Assembly (NCBI GenBank): GCA_951406725.2
Contig: OX597826.1
Location: forward strand, 66,526,001 to 66,590,000
Origin: Octopus vulgaris
Taxonomy: Eukaryota
Direction: 5' to 3'
DNA: 64,000 bases
Part shown: positions 1-13,460 of the stretch, one piece after another
Numbering within the stretch: position 1 is the stretch's first letter
How the letters are laid out: each line of letters opens with the position of its first letter
Notes under the pieces: generated by a model
Database searches by the model: none
Told to the model about the DNA's origin: nothing
What the model saw: only the letters and a program-made list of their open reading frames with translations
Position numbers and translations under genes: made by a program

Positions 1-262
1 CTCTGACACTCATCGGAAAGTGGTATGTTGTTGTGACATTTCTGTTCCATCTCTCCGTCGCTGCCCTCCACTTCACCCTTGATCTTTCTTTACCATCTCC
101 CCATGTAGACATGCACATACATACATAGATGCATATACATGCTTACTTGCACATATATGCACGAACATACAGACGCACCTGCGTATGTAAATACATACAT
201 ACATACGTACATACACATATGCATATATGTCTACATATGCGCATATGTATATGTGCATCTAA

Positions 263-303
<41 letters not shown>

Positions 304-373
304 ATCTGTCTGTCTGTCTATCTGTCTGTGTATGTTCATATGTTTGTATACATATATACACATACATATACGA

Positions 374-420
<47 letters not shown>

Positions 421-559
421 TATTCAATTTTTGTACATCACACCTAATACTCTAAACATATATATGTATATGTATATATATACACACTCACATATATATA
501 TATAATTATACGAATACAGATACACCCAATTGAAGGAATATTTTTCTTTCGTTTGTTGC

Positions 560-616
<57 letters not shown>

Positions 617-621
<5 letters not shown>

Positions 622-803
622 ACGGTAGCCACTACACACATTTTTTCTCTCCTTGTTTCTTTCTGTGTCCCTTTCTGTAGAAGAGCGTAGGCTGGAAATA
701 TAAAAGACTTTTTAATATTACTGAGCGTTATACTAATACATCTGTTTGCTTTGTACACCACCTGTCTTCCTCTTTTGTTTGTTTTTTTTCGTAAAATCTC
801 ACT
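617..803 (+). mobile_element. Short TA-flanked element with decayed hammerhead-like core (Penelope pLTR-like)
   Basis: CTTT-CTGTAGA-A-GAGC-GTAG-GCTG-GAAA-TATA-AAAG at 671-706. Similar layout to 13966-14180. Confidence 0.5.
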
Positions 804-1039
804 ATATATATATGTGTGTGGGGGGGGGGGGGACTGATAAGATTGATGTTACATGTAAGTCAAAATTTCATCCCTGCAACACACTATGCAATGTTGATTC
901 CGCCTTAGAATTACATTAAAGGTAATTATGTTTCCGGAATACCCAACAAATTCATGAAATAACTCGCAAAGCAGTTGAACACCGATTTCCTAATCAATGA
1001 AAATCCATTCACTTCTATACACACGCATGTCTACGTTAT

Positions 1040-1195
<156 letters not shown>

Positions 1196-1240
1196 GTATC
1201 TATCTATCTATCTATCTATGTATGTATCTATGTATCTATG

Positions 1241-1295
<55 letters not shown>

Positions 1296-1371
1296 ATGCA
1301 TACGTTATATATATGTATATGTATGTATATATGTATGTATGTATGTATAGTATGTATGTATGTATGTATTA

Positions 1372-1490
<119 letters not shown>

Positions 1491-3229
1491 ATATGCGCAG
1501 TATGCCAATTCACTGTTATATAAGCAAATTTTCTACGCTTACATTTGGAGAGAAAAGGCAAGCACTCCGTCTTCTCGGATGATCAATCAACTGTTTACGT
1601 AACGTCTGTTCCCCAGTTCCTCTTACGAGACACGACTTTGTTTATTCTAATGTGTGAGCCATCTCTGCTTTCCATGCAATATTCTACACCGAATTTTCAC
1701 TTTGGAAGATACAGGTCTGCGCTTATTTACGTCCCACAGTGATTGATACTCATGTCTTATCGGTGACAAAAATCTCCAGCTGTTCTGATTCAAAATCTGC
1801 CTTCTTAACCCTCCCCACCATAAATACAGTTAGTTCATCTATCTTTTTACGAACTCCTCCGACCATCAACTCTTCCCTTCTTTCTGTTGCTTCTTCGAGG
1901 ACATCTATCTCATTTTAGCTCTTCTCTGGAGTGACGTTTCTCTAATATGACTTTAATGTTTGTAACCCTTCTTACCCCTTAAACCCTCTCTTTACAGATA
2001 CAATAAATGCACTTTGATCCCTTCTCAATCTATACAAAAAACCAACACCGCCTCTGCAAATATTCGACAATCTGACCATGGCTACCCATCACACAGTCAC
2101 ATACTATGGAACGCCACCAAGTTCTTAACATACAGCACTTCAAAACAGCTGACTAACGGATCTCCGCCTCTTCTATACTGTTTATCCGTCTCTTGGGTCG
2201 GTGGCCTCCTGTAGGGCCTCATTCCTGCTGTTGCTGCTGCTGTTGTTGTTGTTGTTAAGCAACAAGACGGGTAAGGGTGATTAGGTGATGGTCTAGGGCT
2301 TAGGGGCGAGAGACCCCAGACCTTGGAAAAAAAAAAAAAAAAACTTTGGTCGTGTTGTTGTGGTCGAGGCCTCTTCGTTGACGCCCGACACCACTGGGAG
2401 GTGACCCTCGAAGTCGCTGGAAATGGAGATCTCCAGGTCCAAATTCTTGGACGGCTGCTGCTGTTGTAGTGATGCTGTTCGATCAACTCTTGTGCACCCC
2501 TAGTTTCATCCAGTAACAGAAACATCAAGTGTTGAGAGGCCGAGTCGCTGTAGCGATTGCACAAAAATCAGGTTAATAGCGACAGTAGCCATGAGTGAGT
2601 CCTTGCATGACCGCGCGAACTGCAAGAAATAGCAGTCAGATTTTCCTCAAACCATACTCTTTACAACTTTAAAAAAGTAGAGGATATTGTATAATATGAT
2701 TCTAGACGTAATCATAAAAGAAAAAATAATGAATGGTGAAACACAATTACTTTCTCGAGTGTGTCAACGAGTACTAGCGCAAAATCGCAGCGGGTCATCC
2801 GGAGAAAGACGTTTTATTGGGTTAGTCTATTGCGTTTGGGGTGGCGAGCGGGGTAGGAGTTGGGGGTGGGGGTTGAATGTAAGACGTCTCCGGTTTCAGA
2901 TATTTCCTTAGCAAACACGTACGACACGACTTTGTGATTTGTCCACCTAAGTGAGAATAGAACTTGTATACAAACAGTTTAAGCCAAACAATCAGACTCC
3001 GACAGAAGGACGAACAAATAGATAAATGGAACGATGCGCACGCGCGCGCCTGCGTGTGTGTATGTATGTGTAAGTGTGTGTGTGTGTGTGTGTGCGTGTG
3101 TGTGTATGTGTGTGTGTGTGCGTGCGTGTGTGTGCTCGTTTGAATTCACAAACAAGAAGAGTTCACAAAGAAAAGGAAAAGGTACTCAATACGGAAATAG
3201 AGTGTACTTATTTGTTTTAGAGCCAGACT

Positions 3230-3299
<70 letters not shown>

Positions 3300-3491
3300 A
3301 CTACTACTACTACTACAACTACTACTACTACGACGACGACGACGACGACGACCACCACCACCACCACCACCACCACCACCAACACCACTACCACTACCAC
3401 CACCACCACCACCACCACCACCACTACTACTAATGCATGCGTATGTACGCAAAATACATACGTCCACACACACATATATGTGTTTATATAT

Positions 3492-3573
<82 letters not shown>

Positions 3574-3705
3574 AATTATAATGTAAATAAAACTGCTAGT
3601 GTTAGATTTACAAAATATGCATACACCTATACATGTAAATAGAAAGAAAGCAAATACTGAACATTTTCAGACGACGAATATTCAAGTATAAATATATGTA
3701 TATGC

Positions 3706-3832
<127 letters not shown>

Positions 3833-3844
3833 TATTATTATTAT

Positions 3845-3898
<54 letters not shown>

Positions 3899-3899
<1 letters not shown>

Positions 3900-5670
3900 T
3901 CTCCACTCCTTTTCTGCTTGGCACTGTCACCTCTATCTGATATGCTAAATAGAACTGGATGCGGATATAAATGTTACGGCAAAACGATCAGCCTCCTTTT
4001 ATATATGGATGACCTAAAACTATATGCTGCAAATGACAAACAGCTGGAAACACTATTAAAGACAGTTCATGGATTTACCAAAGAAATAGATATGAAATTT
4101 GGATTAGAAAAATGCGCCAAAGTAACCATGAAAAGAGGAAAACTAGTTAAGAGTAACAACATCACACTAGATAAAACCAATGAAATAAAAGAATTAGACC
4201 AAAGCCAAACTTACAAATACTTAGGAATCCATGAACTAGATAAGACACAACACACACAAATGAAAGAGAAAATAAAAAAAGAATATTATAGACGAGTTAG
4301 ATCAATACTAAACACAGAGCTCAATGCTAAAAACAAGATAATAGGTATCAACACTTTAGCTGTCCCAGTTATAAGTTACAGCTACAATATCCTTAACTGG
4401 ACACGAAATGAACTGGCCAAAATAGATAGGAAAACAAGAAAAATAATGACAGGATCTAGGATGCATCACCCAAAATCTGACATAGAAAGACTATATATAC
4501 AACGTATAGAAGGTGGTAGAGGCCTTATACAGCTGGAAAACTACTATAAAATAACCACCATAGGACTGCAAAAATATCTACTTCAGAAGGAAGGAAAACT
4601 GATCCAGATAGCGGCAAAACACGAGCAAAACAAAAAACTGTTCTCAGTATTTAAGGAAGCTGACAAATACAAACAAGAAATCATACCACCTAATAAACAT
4701 GAAGAAGAAGAAGAAGAAGAAGATGAAGAAACAACAAAAGCTATAAAACAAATGAAATCCAAACTAAAAACAGAACAGCAACGAACCATGATAAAACGAT
4801 GGCAAGAAAAGCCCCTTCATGGTAAATACTGCACTAAACTAAACGCAAAAGAAATAGATAAAGAAAAATCCCAGCAATGGTTGAGAAGCTCAGGACTCAA
4901 AGCAGAAACAGAGGGATTTTTAATTGCAGCACAAGACCAAAGCCTCCCCACCAGAAATTACCAAAAACATGTAATGAAAAGAAATATTACAAGTAACTGC
5001 AGAATATGTGGAGATGGACAAGAAACAATAAATCATATTATCTCTAGCTGCCCAGTCCTGGCTAAGAAGGAATATATTCACAGACATGACAGAGTTGGAA
5101 CCTACATACATTGGAAGCTATGCCAACATTATGGAATAACAACAGAAAAAAGATGGTATAGGCACACACCAGAAAAGGTTACAGAAAACGAGAAAGCAAC
5201 CATACTCTGGGATATGCCGATACACACAGATAGAGAAATTAAGGCCAACAGACCAGATATAGTTGTCAGAGATCATGAAGAAAAAAAATGCTTTTTAATT
5301 GATGTATCAATACCGGCAGATGACAACGTGTCCCTAAAAGAAATGGAGAAACTCTCAAAATACAAAGACCTGGAAATAGAGGTAACTAGAATGTGGAATC
5401 TGAAAACAGAAACAATTCCTATCATAGTAGGTGCATTAGGCATGATAAAAAAATATTCAGACAAATACATAACAAAAACACCAGGACTTACAAACACATA
5501 TAACATACAGAAAATTGCACTACTAGGCACTGCCCACATCCTACGCAGAACACTTTCCATACAATAACCATCAGAGCATCACAACAAATCACAGCACATA
5601 CCCAAGGCACACAGAGCTGCGCTCGGTAGTGAAGTGAAAGCACGCTATAAAAATAAAAATAAAACTACTG
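3899..5670 (+). mobile_element. 5'-truncated R4/Dong-clade non-LTR retrotransposon (RT + zinc knuckle + restriction-like endonuclease)
   Basis: Uninterrupted ORF to the stop at 5567: SPLLF, YMDDLKLY (RT), KYLG, CRIC..ETINHIISSC (CCHC), RHD, RPDIVV...IDVSIP...EKLSKY (PD-(D/E)xK). About 100 bp of 3'UTR follows. (TAA)n flanks both sides. Confidence 0.93.
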
Positions 5671-5710
5671 AATAATAATAATAATAATAACAACAACAAC
5701 AATAATAATA

Positions 5711-6228
5711 GTGTAGTAGCAGGCAGTGGCTCTCGTAGCTTCTGATCTTAACTGATTGGAAGTGTTATCATGTACATTGTTTCGTCTTTGTATAAAAGAT
5801 GGGCTACAGCAAATATTCTGCTCAATTCCACAGATGTGCTTGTCAGTTGCTTGATCTTAACCAGTTGAGTATGTCCCTTAGTGGCTGACGATATGTGGAT
5901 CTCTGCTCACGAGCGGAAGTAGTGGGGGAGCATCATAGCCGTGTGTCGAAAGGAATTCTTGGAGGTTTGGATAATTCACCTTTAAACAATCCTTATTCAG
6001 GGACCTTTTGAGCGGGATGGGTTACTCGACTAGAAGAAAATTCTAACTGGGCTCCACCCGCAAGGTTATGCGCTGTTTATCTTGATATGAGATCACCATG
6101 TCGCGCACATATGGTTGTGATGCATGTGCCTAATGTACCCTTATCAGACGGGTAGTCATGATGGGTATACTGGGCTTCGTATATTTTACCCCAGTATCAC
6201 TTTGATGACATGCACTGTTCTCTCATTC
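5711..6228 (+). mobile_element. Non-coding ~520-bp interspersed repeat embedded in (TAA)n (family C, copy 1)
   Basis: High identity to 7653-8207 but lacks a ~30-bp internal segment. Begins and ends in AAT/AAC repeats. Confidence 0.8.
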
Positions 6229-6240
6229 AATAATATTAAT

Positions 6241-6299
<59 letters not shown>

Positions 6300-6366
6300 T
6301 AACAATAACAATAATAATAATAATAATAATACTAATAACAACAACAACAACAACAATAATAACAAC

Positions 6367-6440
<74 letters not shown>

Positions 6441-7232
6441 TCTAGTCGGTTTGGTTGTCAGCATCAATTCTGTTCGAATTGATTTAATATTCATTGTAAT
6501 GATACACTTTTATTGACTAATGAATGACGGGAAAATCATTTTCGCTCTAAATCAATAAATAAAGAGTTATTAGTTATTAAAGTTTGAAAATTTTTGTAAT
6601 TTTATCTAATCGTCAACCACATACACTTTCATGCCTGTGTCCATAGTAACAAGCGTTCTTTTTGTCTGTAAGAAAGCACGTGTTGATAAATATATTGAAA
6701 CCACTTGTTTTACTTGTGCGTTGACAATTGAACATGTGAATTTATGAACTGGCCAAGAAAATGTTTGTTTTTTTTAAGAATATTTAATTTGTCATTAAAT
6801 GCATACTGAATACTTAAAACTACTTGTTTATTCGTTTCTTTTTGTTATCGAGGTGGTTGTGAGGTAAGCTAAAAATATCAACTAAATAACGCTTTTGAAT
6901 AAATCTTTTAAATTAACATACACAATTGTTTAGACGAAAGAAAATTACCGGAGAATTTTCATTTAATTCTTCCAAATCTTTCTGTTAAAACTGTATTGAA
7001 ACCATTTGTGGGGGAAAATTGTAATGTGTTTCTCGCATGTAACGTGCTTTCCATCGCATTTGTATAAAATGCATATTGAATGCTTAAAACTACTTGTTTA
7101 CCCGTTTCATTGAGATGGTTGTGAGGTGTGCTAAAAGTAACAGCTAAATAACGTTTTTTTTTTGACAAATCTTCCAAGTTCGTGCTATCGCATTAAATGC
7201 ATATTGAATGCTTCAAACAATAAAACACGTAT

Positions 7233-7386
7233 ACATTATTTACATTATTTACATTCGACGGACATTTGTCCTCATCTTGTTTGTTGTTAACCCAACGTTT
7301 CGGCTGTTATACCCTCCAGCCTTTTTCAGGTATCTTGGGGAAATTTCGAACCTGGGTTCTCATTCCTAAGGTATTTTTCGATGTTG

Positions 7387-7451
<65 letters not shown>

Positions 7452-7558
7452 GTTGTTATTATTATTATTGTTATTATTGTTATTATTATTATTGTTGTTG
7501 TTGTTATTGTTCAGGTCAATGCCTGGAATCGAACTCGGAATCTTGGGGTTAGTAGCCC
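7233..7558 (-). mobile_element. SINE-like element: partial tRNA-like head + (AAT/AAC)n + tail with decayed hammerhead core
   Basis: Minus strand: GGGCTACTAACCC anticodon-like stem-loop, B box GAGTTCGATTCC, microsatellite, then CCTGAAAAA-GGCTG-GAGGGTATAA-CAGCC-GAAACGTT. Confidence 0.6.
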
Positions 7559-7652
7559 TGAAAAACAAGAAGAAGAAGAAGAAGAAGAAGAAGAAGAAGA
7601 AGAAGAAGAAGAAGAAGAACAACAACAACAACAACAACAACAACAGCAATAA

Positions 7653-8207
7653 ATGCCCTGAAGCTGTACGAGGCAGTGGCTCTCGTGGCTTCTGATCTTA
7701 ACTGATTGGAAGTGTTATCATGTACATTGTTTTGTCTTGGTATAAAAGATGGGCTACAGCAAGTATTCTGCTCAATACCACAGATTTGCTTGTCAGTTGC
7801 TTGACCTTAACCAGTTCAGCATTTCCCTAAGTGGCTGACGATATGTGTATCTCTGATCACGGGCAGAAGTAGTGGGGGAGCATCATAGCCATATGTTGAG
7901 AGGGAATCTTTGAGGATTGAATAATTCACCTCTGGAAACATGGGTGTTTCGTTTAACATCCTTAAACAACCCTTATTCAGGGACCTTTTGAGCGAGATGG
8001 GTTACTCGACCAGCAGAAAGTTCTAACTGGGCCCCACCTGCAAGTTCATGTGCTGTTTATCTTGATATGATATCACCATGTCGCGCACATATGGTTGTGA
8101 TGCATGTGCCTAGTGTACCCTTATCAGAGGGTAGTCATGATGGGTATACTGGGCTTCGTATATTTTACCCCAGTGTCACTTTGATGGCATGCACTGCTCT
8201 CTTACTC
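7653..8207 (+). mobile_element. Family C repeat, copy 2
   Basis: Colinear with 5711-6228. The 3' end ...gcactgctctcttactc runs directly into (AAT)n. Confidence 0.8.
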
Positions 8208-8254
<47 letters not shown>

Positions 8255-8255
<1 letters not shown>

Positions 8256-8452
8256 CCTTTGTACCATAGGCATAATTTGAAGTAGGGGATATTTAATTTC
8301 ATCGACCCCAGTGTTTCACTGGTACTTAATTTATCGACTCCGAAGGGATGAAAGTCGACCTCGGCGGAACTCGAACTCAGAGCGCAGCGGCAGACGAAAT
8401 ACCGCTAAGCATTTGGGCCGACGTGCAAACGATTCTGCCAGCTCACCACCTT
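8255..8452 (-). mobile_element. tRNA-derived SINE family B monomer
   Basis: GGTGAGCTGGCAGAATCGTT head and GAGTTCGAGTTCCGCCGAGGTCGAC body. Further copies at about 10270-10470, 16615-16810, 25428-25661 (-) and 35550-35770, 35790-36010, 37395-37520, 37708-37922, 40035-40140, 49007-49225, 51570-51640, 56530-56700, 57770-57940 (+). Confidence 0.85.
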
Positions 8453-8917
8453 AACAACAACAACAACAATAATAATAATATGTGTGTATGTGTGTTTGCA
8501 TGTGTATTTGCATATGTATATGTGTGTGTGTATGTGTGTCTGCATGTATATTTGCATATATATTTATGTGTGCGTGTTTTTGTGTTTGCATGACCTTAAA
8601 TTGTACCCTTACAAATGGTAAAGCGTTACTAATACTACCAAAGAAATTAATGCGAAATTGCGTGCAGATAAAAGTGCCAAGGCAACCTTGGAGACAGCGA
8701 AAAATAATTACACAAAGCCTTTCAGCCAAGTGAGATAAAACGAGAGATAAGAGAAAGAAAAAACTTGTAGATACTTAAGAATTAACGGCGCAAACTGAGT
8801 GCAACTCATAGAAAATGAAAGAAAGGTTAGGGACGAATATTATAGATGTGAATTTTAGTTGTTCCATTGTTTATTTGGGCGCTGAAAGTTTATGCTAAGA
8901 TTCGACTGGGAAAATTG

Positions 8918-9072
8918 ACTGTGTGGTATGAAGTTTTTTTGCTTCCCAACCACATGGTTCCGGGTTCGGTCCCACTGCGTGGTAATATGGGCAAGTGTTT
9001 TCTACCATAGCCTCGGGCCAAACAAAGCCTTGTGAGTGGATTTGGTAGACGGAAATTGAAAGAAGTTTGTCA

Positions 9073-9104
<32 letters not shown>

Positions 9105-9433
9105 AATATATATATTGTTTGTTCCTTCTCGAGCCGCGCCTGGTTCATAGTGGGCCGGTTTTCCGGTTTCCTTGGCGTGTATGTTCCCCACTTGGACGGG
9201 ACGCCGGTCCGTCGCAGGTGAGCTGCAAGATGCAGGAGGAAAGAGTGAGAGAGAGTTGTGACGAAAGAGTCAGCAGAAGTTCACCATTACCTTCTGCCGG
9301 AGCCGCGTGGGGCTTAGGTATTTCGCTCATAAACACACACATCGTCCGGGTCTGAGATTCGAACCCGCGATCCCTCGACCGTGAGTCCGCTGCTCTAATC
9401 ACTAGGCCATGTGCCTCCACAAACAGAGAGATG

Positions 9434-9491
<58 letters not shown>

Positions 9492-9712
9492 TAAATAGGC
9501 ACACGCATACATGTATGTGTGTGTGTCTTTGTGTTTGTGATTGTTCCTTCTGCACCGCATGATAATCAGCATTGGTGTGTTTACGTCCCTGTAACCTAGC
9601 AGTTCGGCAAAACGACAGCATAGATTAAGCATTGGGGTTGATTCGTTCGACTAAAATTCTTGAATGCGGTGCCCCAGTATGGCCGCAGTCTTTTGTTTGA
9701 AACACGTTAAAA
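8918..9712 (+). mobile_element. tRNA-derived SINE family A copy interrupted by a family D SINE
   Basis: The 5' half (8918-9075) and 3' half (about 9520-9712) match 13461-13850. The insert at 9115-9420 lies in the central microsatellite. Confidence 0.8.
9115..9420 (-). mobile_element. tRNA-derived SINE (family D)
   Basis: Minus strand GTGGAGGCACATGGCCTAGTGATTAGAGCAGCGGACTC...GGGTTCGAATCTC (A and B boxes). Head and body are shared with 43540-43853. Confidence 0.8.
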
Positions 9713-11715
9713 AAATAGAATGGGTAGATTACAACACCTAAAATTTAAGATATGGGGTTTATGTTTACCCCCTTATTTGTACAGAACAATGGAGGCCTTA
9801 CGTGTACAAGGCAATCGAGGCCTTCTACAAAATTATAATGAAATAGCTATTCTTTGAGGAGAAAAATATCTATTACAGAATAATAGAAAGCCAATACGAA
9901 TATCTACGAAACACAGACAAAGCAAAAATTTGTTTTCTATTTTTCAAGGAAGTAAATATTAAAAAAACAGACCGAAGTAACAGACAATTGTGGAGAGATA
10001 GAAAAAACAACAGAAATTGGGGGAAAGGGTGAAAACTAAGCGTGAAATGTGGTTACAGAATATCATAGTGATACCAAAGCAAGAAAAACCTTGACCTGGC
10101 CAATACCTAATAAGCAGAAGTTGATAAAGAACATTCGCTACACTTGCTGTGAAAAGCTCAAAACTGAGGGCTGAGGCAGACGTAATTTCTATTAGGTCAC
10201 CCGAGCAAAACCTTCTCTTTAGAAACTACTAGAATTATATTATGAAGTATGATGTATTGATTTCAGATTTTTGGCACAAAGCCAGCAAGTTCTGAGGAGG
10301 AAATTAAATCGATTGCATCGACCCAATTGCTCAACAGGTTTTTATTTTATCGACCCCGAAAGGATGAAAGGCGAAGTTGACCTCGGCGGAATTTGAACTC
10401 AGAATATAAAGACAGACGAAATGCCGCTAAGCATTTTGCCCAGCATGCTAACGATTCTGCCAGCTCGCCTCACATACATACATACATACATACATACATA
10501 CATACATACATACATACACACATACATACATACATACACACATACATACATACATACATACATACATACATAAAAACCAGGATGTATTGTGTTCCGTTAA
10601 TAAATAAATGAAAGAAATGTATAGTAAATGCACAAACGAAAACAGACACAGAATGGTAAGTTTTTAAAATATATATTAAATGCACAGACGAACGGAAAAC
10701 CTATATTAAATGCACTGGTGAATGGAAAACAGACAACGGTGCCTAATTCCTCATCAGGTATCGACAATAGAGTAATTACGCAGTTTCGTGCCTTTAACGA
10801 TAAGATTACTTCCCAGCTGGAGGCATCCACAAGAGTTACGGAGACTGGTGGACCAAGAACAAACAAACGAACAATATATGAATAACAAGCGATACAGAAG
10901 TATCCATTTCCTGTAATTGATTCGAATCCACAAAGGCCATAGGCCACGATCTACAGGCAAATAACGATATGCTGTATAATTGAACAAAGCGAAACCAAAT
11001 TTATTGAACAAGGTATGTTTTGAAAAGTCACTTGACGAGATATATCTACACCGAAGGATGCACCATAACTAGTTGTGTGGTATCTCACTCTCGAGGAATC
11101 GATGCAAGATGGGTCGAAACGATCGCTGTGATTAATGAAGAATCTCGTGAACTCCATTTTCTGTTTCTGTCATATGTTGTGTACATACATACACACACTC
11201 GCACGCACATGCACACACACATACATACCTACACATTCGCACACATACACACGCATACATACACACACATACACACACACATACACATTCACACATACGC
11301 ACACATTCACACACACACATATTAGTATCGCATTGATGTCAGTTATTCTACTGAAAATGAAACTTACTCATTCGCCAACCGTATGCGGTATTGATTACAC
11401 CCTTTTCTTTGAATTCAGGAAGTAAAGACGGACGAAATGCCACTAAGCATCTTATCCGGCCCACTTACCATTCTGCCAGCTCAGCATGTTTGAGTATGAG
11501 ATATTAACTGTCGAATATACAGAATGCGTTTTCCGTTTAGTCAAACAAGGAAGGGCAGTTTCTATGAGCATTTCTTTTTTTCTTGGGGCTTTGCTGATTG
11601 TTGGGAAGAATGAAAGGCATTATTCTTCAGAACTGGGATCTTGTTAACATTCTAGTAACAGAATGAACTCTGCTAAATGCAACCCACAAAACCAAGTGGT
11701 GGTGTTAAGCTAGAC

Positions 11716-12077
11716 CGGTGATTCTCAGCTGGGGGTCCATACGACCCCTGAGGGTCCATATAAGACTTTTGGCGGTCCGCGCAACAAAATAGTAAATTGG
11801 GGATCCAGAAGAGTATTTCAAGGGACCTCTGAAAAAATTTTGCTTTAGATGTATGTGTTGGTGTTTATTGCAAATAACAGCTTGGCTTCATTCTCTAACA
11901 CTTTACATAGTTCAGTCTACACAAGGGAATATGTGAAAAACAAAATAGGATTTTTTAAAGAAATATTTATAAAATTAGTTTTTAGACATCGAATGGCTAT
12001 GGGGGTCCAACAGAATAAAATAATAATCAAAGGGGTCCAGAGGTAAAAAAAAAAAAGGAAACGGTTGAGAACCCCTG
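11716..12077. mobile_element. hAT-type MITE (~360 bp)
   Basis: TIRs CGGTGATTCTCAGC ... GGTTGAGAACCCCTG with imperfect 8-bp TSD AGCTAGAC/AGCAAGAT. A second, inverted copy lies at 47664-48663. Confidence 0.8.
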
Positions 12078-12236
12078 AGCAAGATGAAGAGATGAAACAG
12101 TTAGCCACTTGTTTCCAGGCTATAACCAAGACAGAAACACATTACAACATAAAGGAATTGGGGCTTTTATTCTTGTACAACAACAACAAGTAGGCTTCAT
12201 AGTCCAATGCAGTCCAGGATGTACAATGTCTGAATA

Positions 12237-12917
12237 CCTATTTCTTTACTACTCACAAGGGGCTAAACATAGAGGGGGCAAACAAGGACAGACAAACGGA
12301 TTAAGTCGATTAGATCGACCCCAGTGCGTAACTGGTACTTTATTTATCGACCCCGAAAGGATGAAGGGCAAAGTCGACCTCGGCGGAATTTGAACTCAGA
12401 ACGTAACGGCAGTCGAAATACTGCTAGGCATTTCGCTCGGCGCACTAACGTTTCTGCCAGCTCGCCGCCTTTAAAACGTAGCGGCAGACGAAATATCTAT
12501 TTCTTTACTACCCACAAGGGGCTAAACACAGAAGGGACAAACAAGGACAGACAAACGGATTAAGTCGATTTTATCGACCCCAGTGCGTAACTGATACTTA
12601 TTTAATCGACCCCGAAAGGATGAAAGGCAAAGTCGACCTCGGCGGAATTTGAACTCAGAACGTAGCGGCAGACGAAATACCTATTTCTTTACTACCCACA
12701 AGGGGCTAAACACAGAAGGGACAAACAAGGACAGACAAACGGATTAAGTCGATTACATCGACCCCCAGTGCGTAACTGGTACTTTATTTAATCGACCCCG
12801 AAAGGATGAAAGGCAAAGTCGACCTCGGCGGAATTTGAACTCAGAACGTAACGGCAGACGAAATACGGCTACGCATTTCGCCCGGTGTCCTACCGTTTCT
12901 GCCAGTTCGCCGCCTTA
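12237..12917 (-). mobile_element. SINE family B tandem multimer with single TSD
   Basis: Repeated ~185-bp units bounded by ACAATGTCTGAATA (12223-12236) and ACAATGCCTGAATA (12918-12931). Confidence 0.88.
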
Positions 12918-13460
12918 ACAATGCCTGAATATAATATGAATGGTCAAAACTGGAACGATTTTGAATATAAGTCTGTGCTCTGGTTTTGACTTCAGCTAAT
13001 CAATTGCGGAAACGGCAGCAGGAACAACAGCAACACCGGCAACTCATAACTTTGTCCACTTTTATGGACATGCGTGTTTTATCACGTTTCTGTGTCACTA
13101 TTTTTCTGTGTTTTGTTATGACTTCACGCCTCTTTCGTCTTAAAATTATTCTTTTTTATTCAAGGGTTTTTTATCAATCAGAAAATATCGATCGGTTGTG
13201 CAGTATGGCACTTCTTGCTGGCGATGTTCTTATTTTTTAAATTAATTCTCCCCCACCTCTAGATTCTGGTGTTTATTTGATTTAAACATCAGGAATGAAA
13301 TAATCGAAAGAATTAAAAATTTTCTTACCATTCTACGAAATTAAACAACACCTAAATAATTGATTGCAAACCTCACTCCACACAAAACAAAAATAACACA
13401 AAAGAACGATATGCATTGACAAACGTATACAAAACAATCATATACAAAACACATACATAT

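Noticed and set aside
1540-2560. Possible decayed LINE ORF1 or exon on the minus strand
   Set aside because: No motif clear enough to support a call by eye.
10745-10760. CTGATGA on the minus strand (also about 52035 and 60783) as hammerhead cores
   Set aside because: No stem II followed by GAAA at suitable spacing.
10620-11150. Possible degenerate zinc-finger/transposase fragment
   Set aside because: Multiple stops and no recoverable Cys/His pattern.
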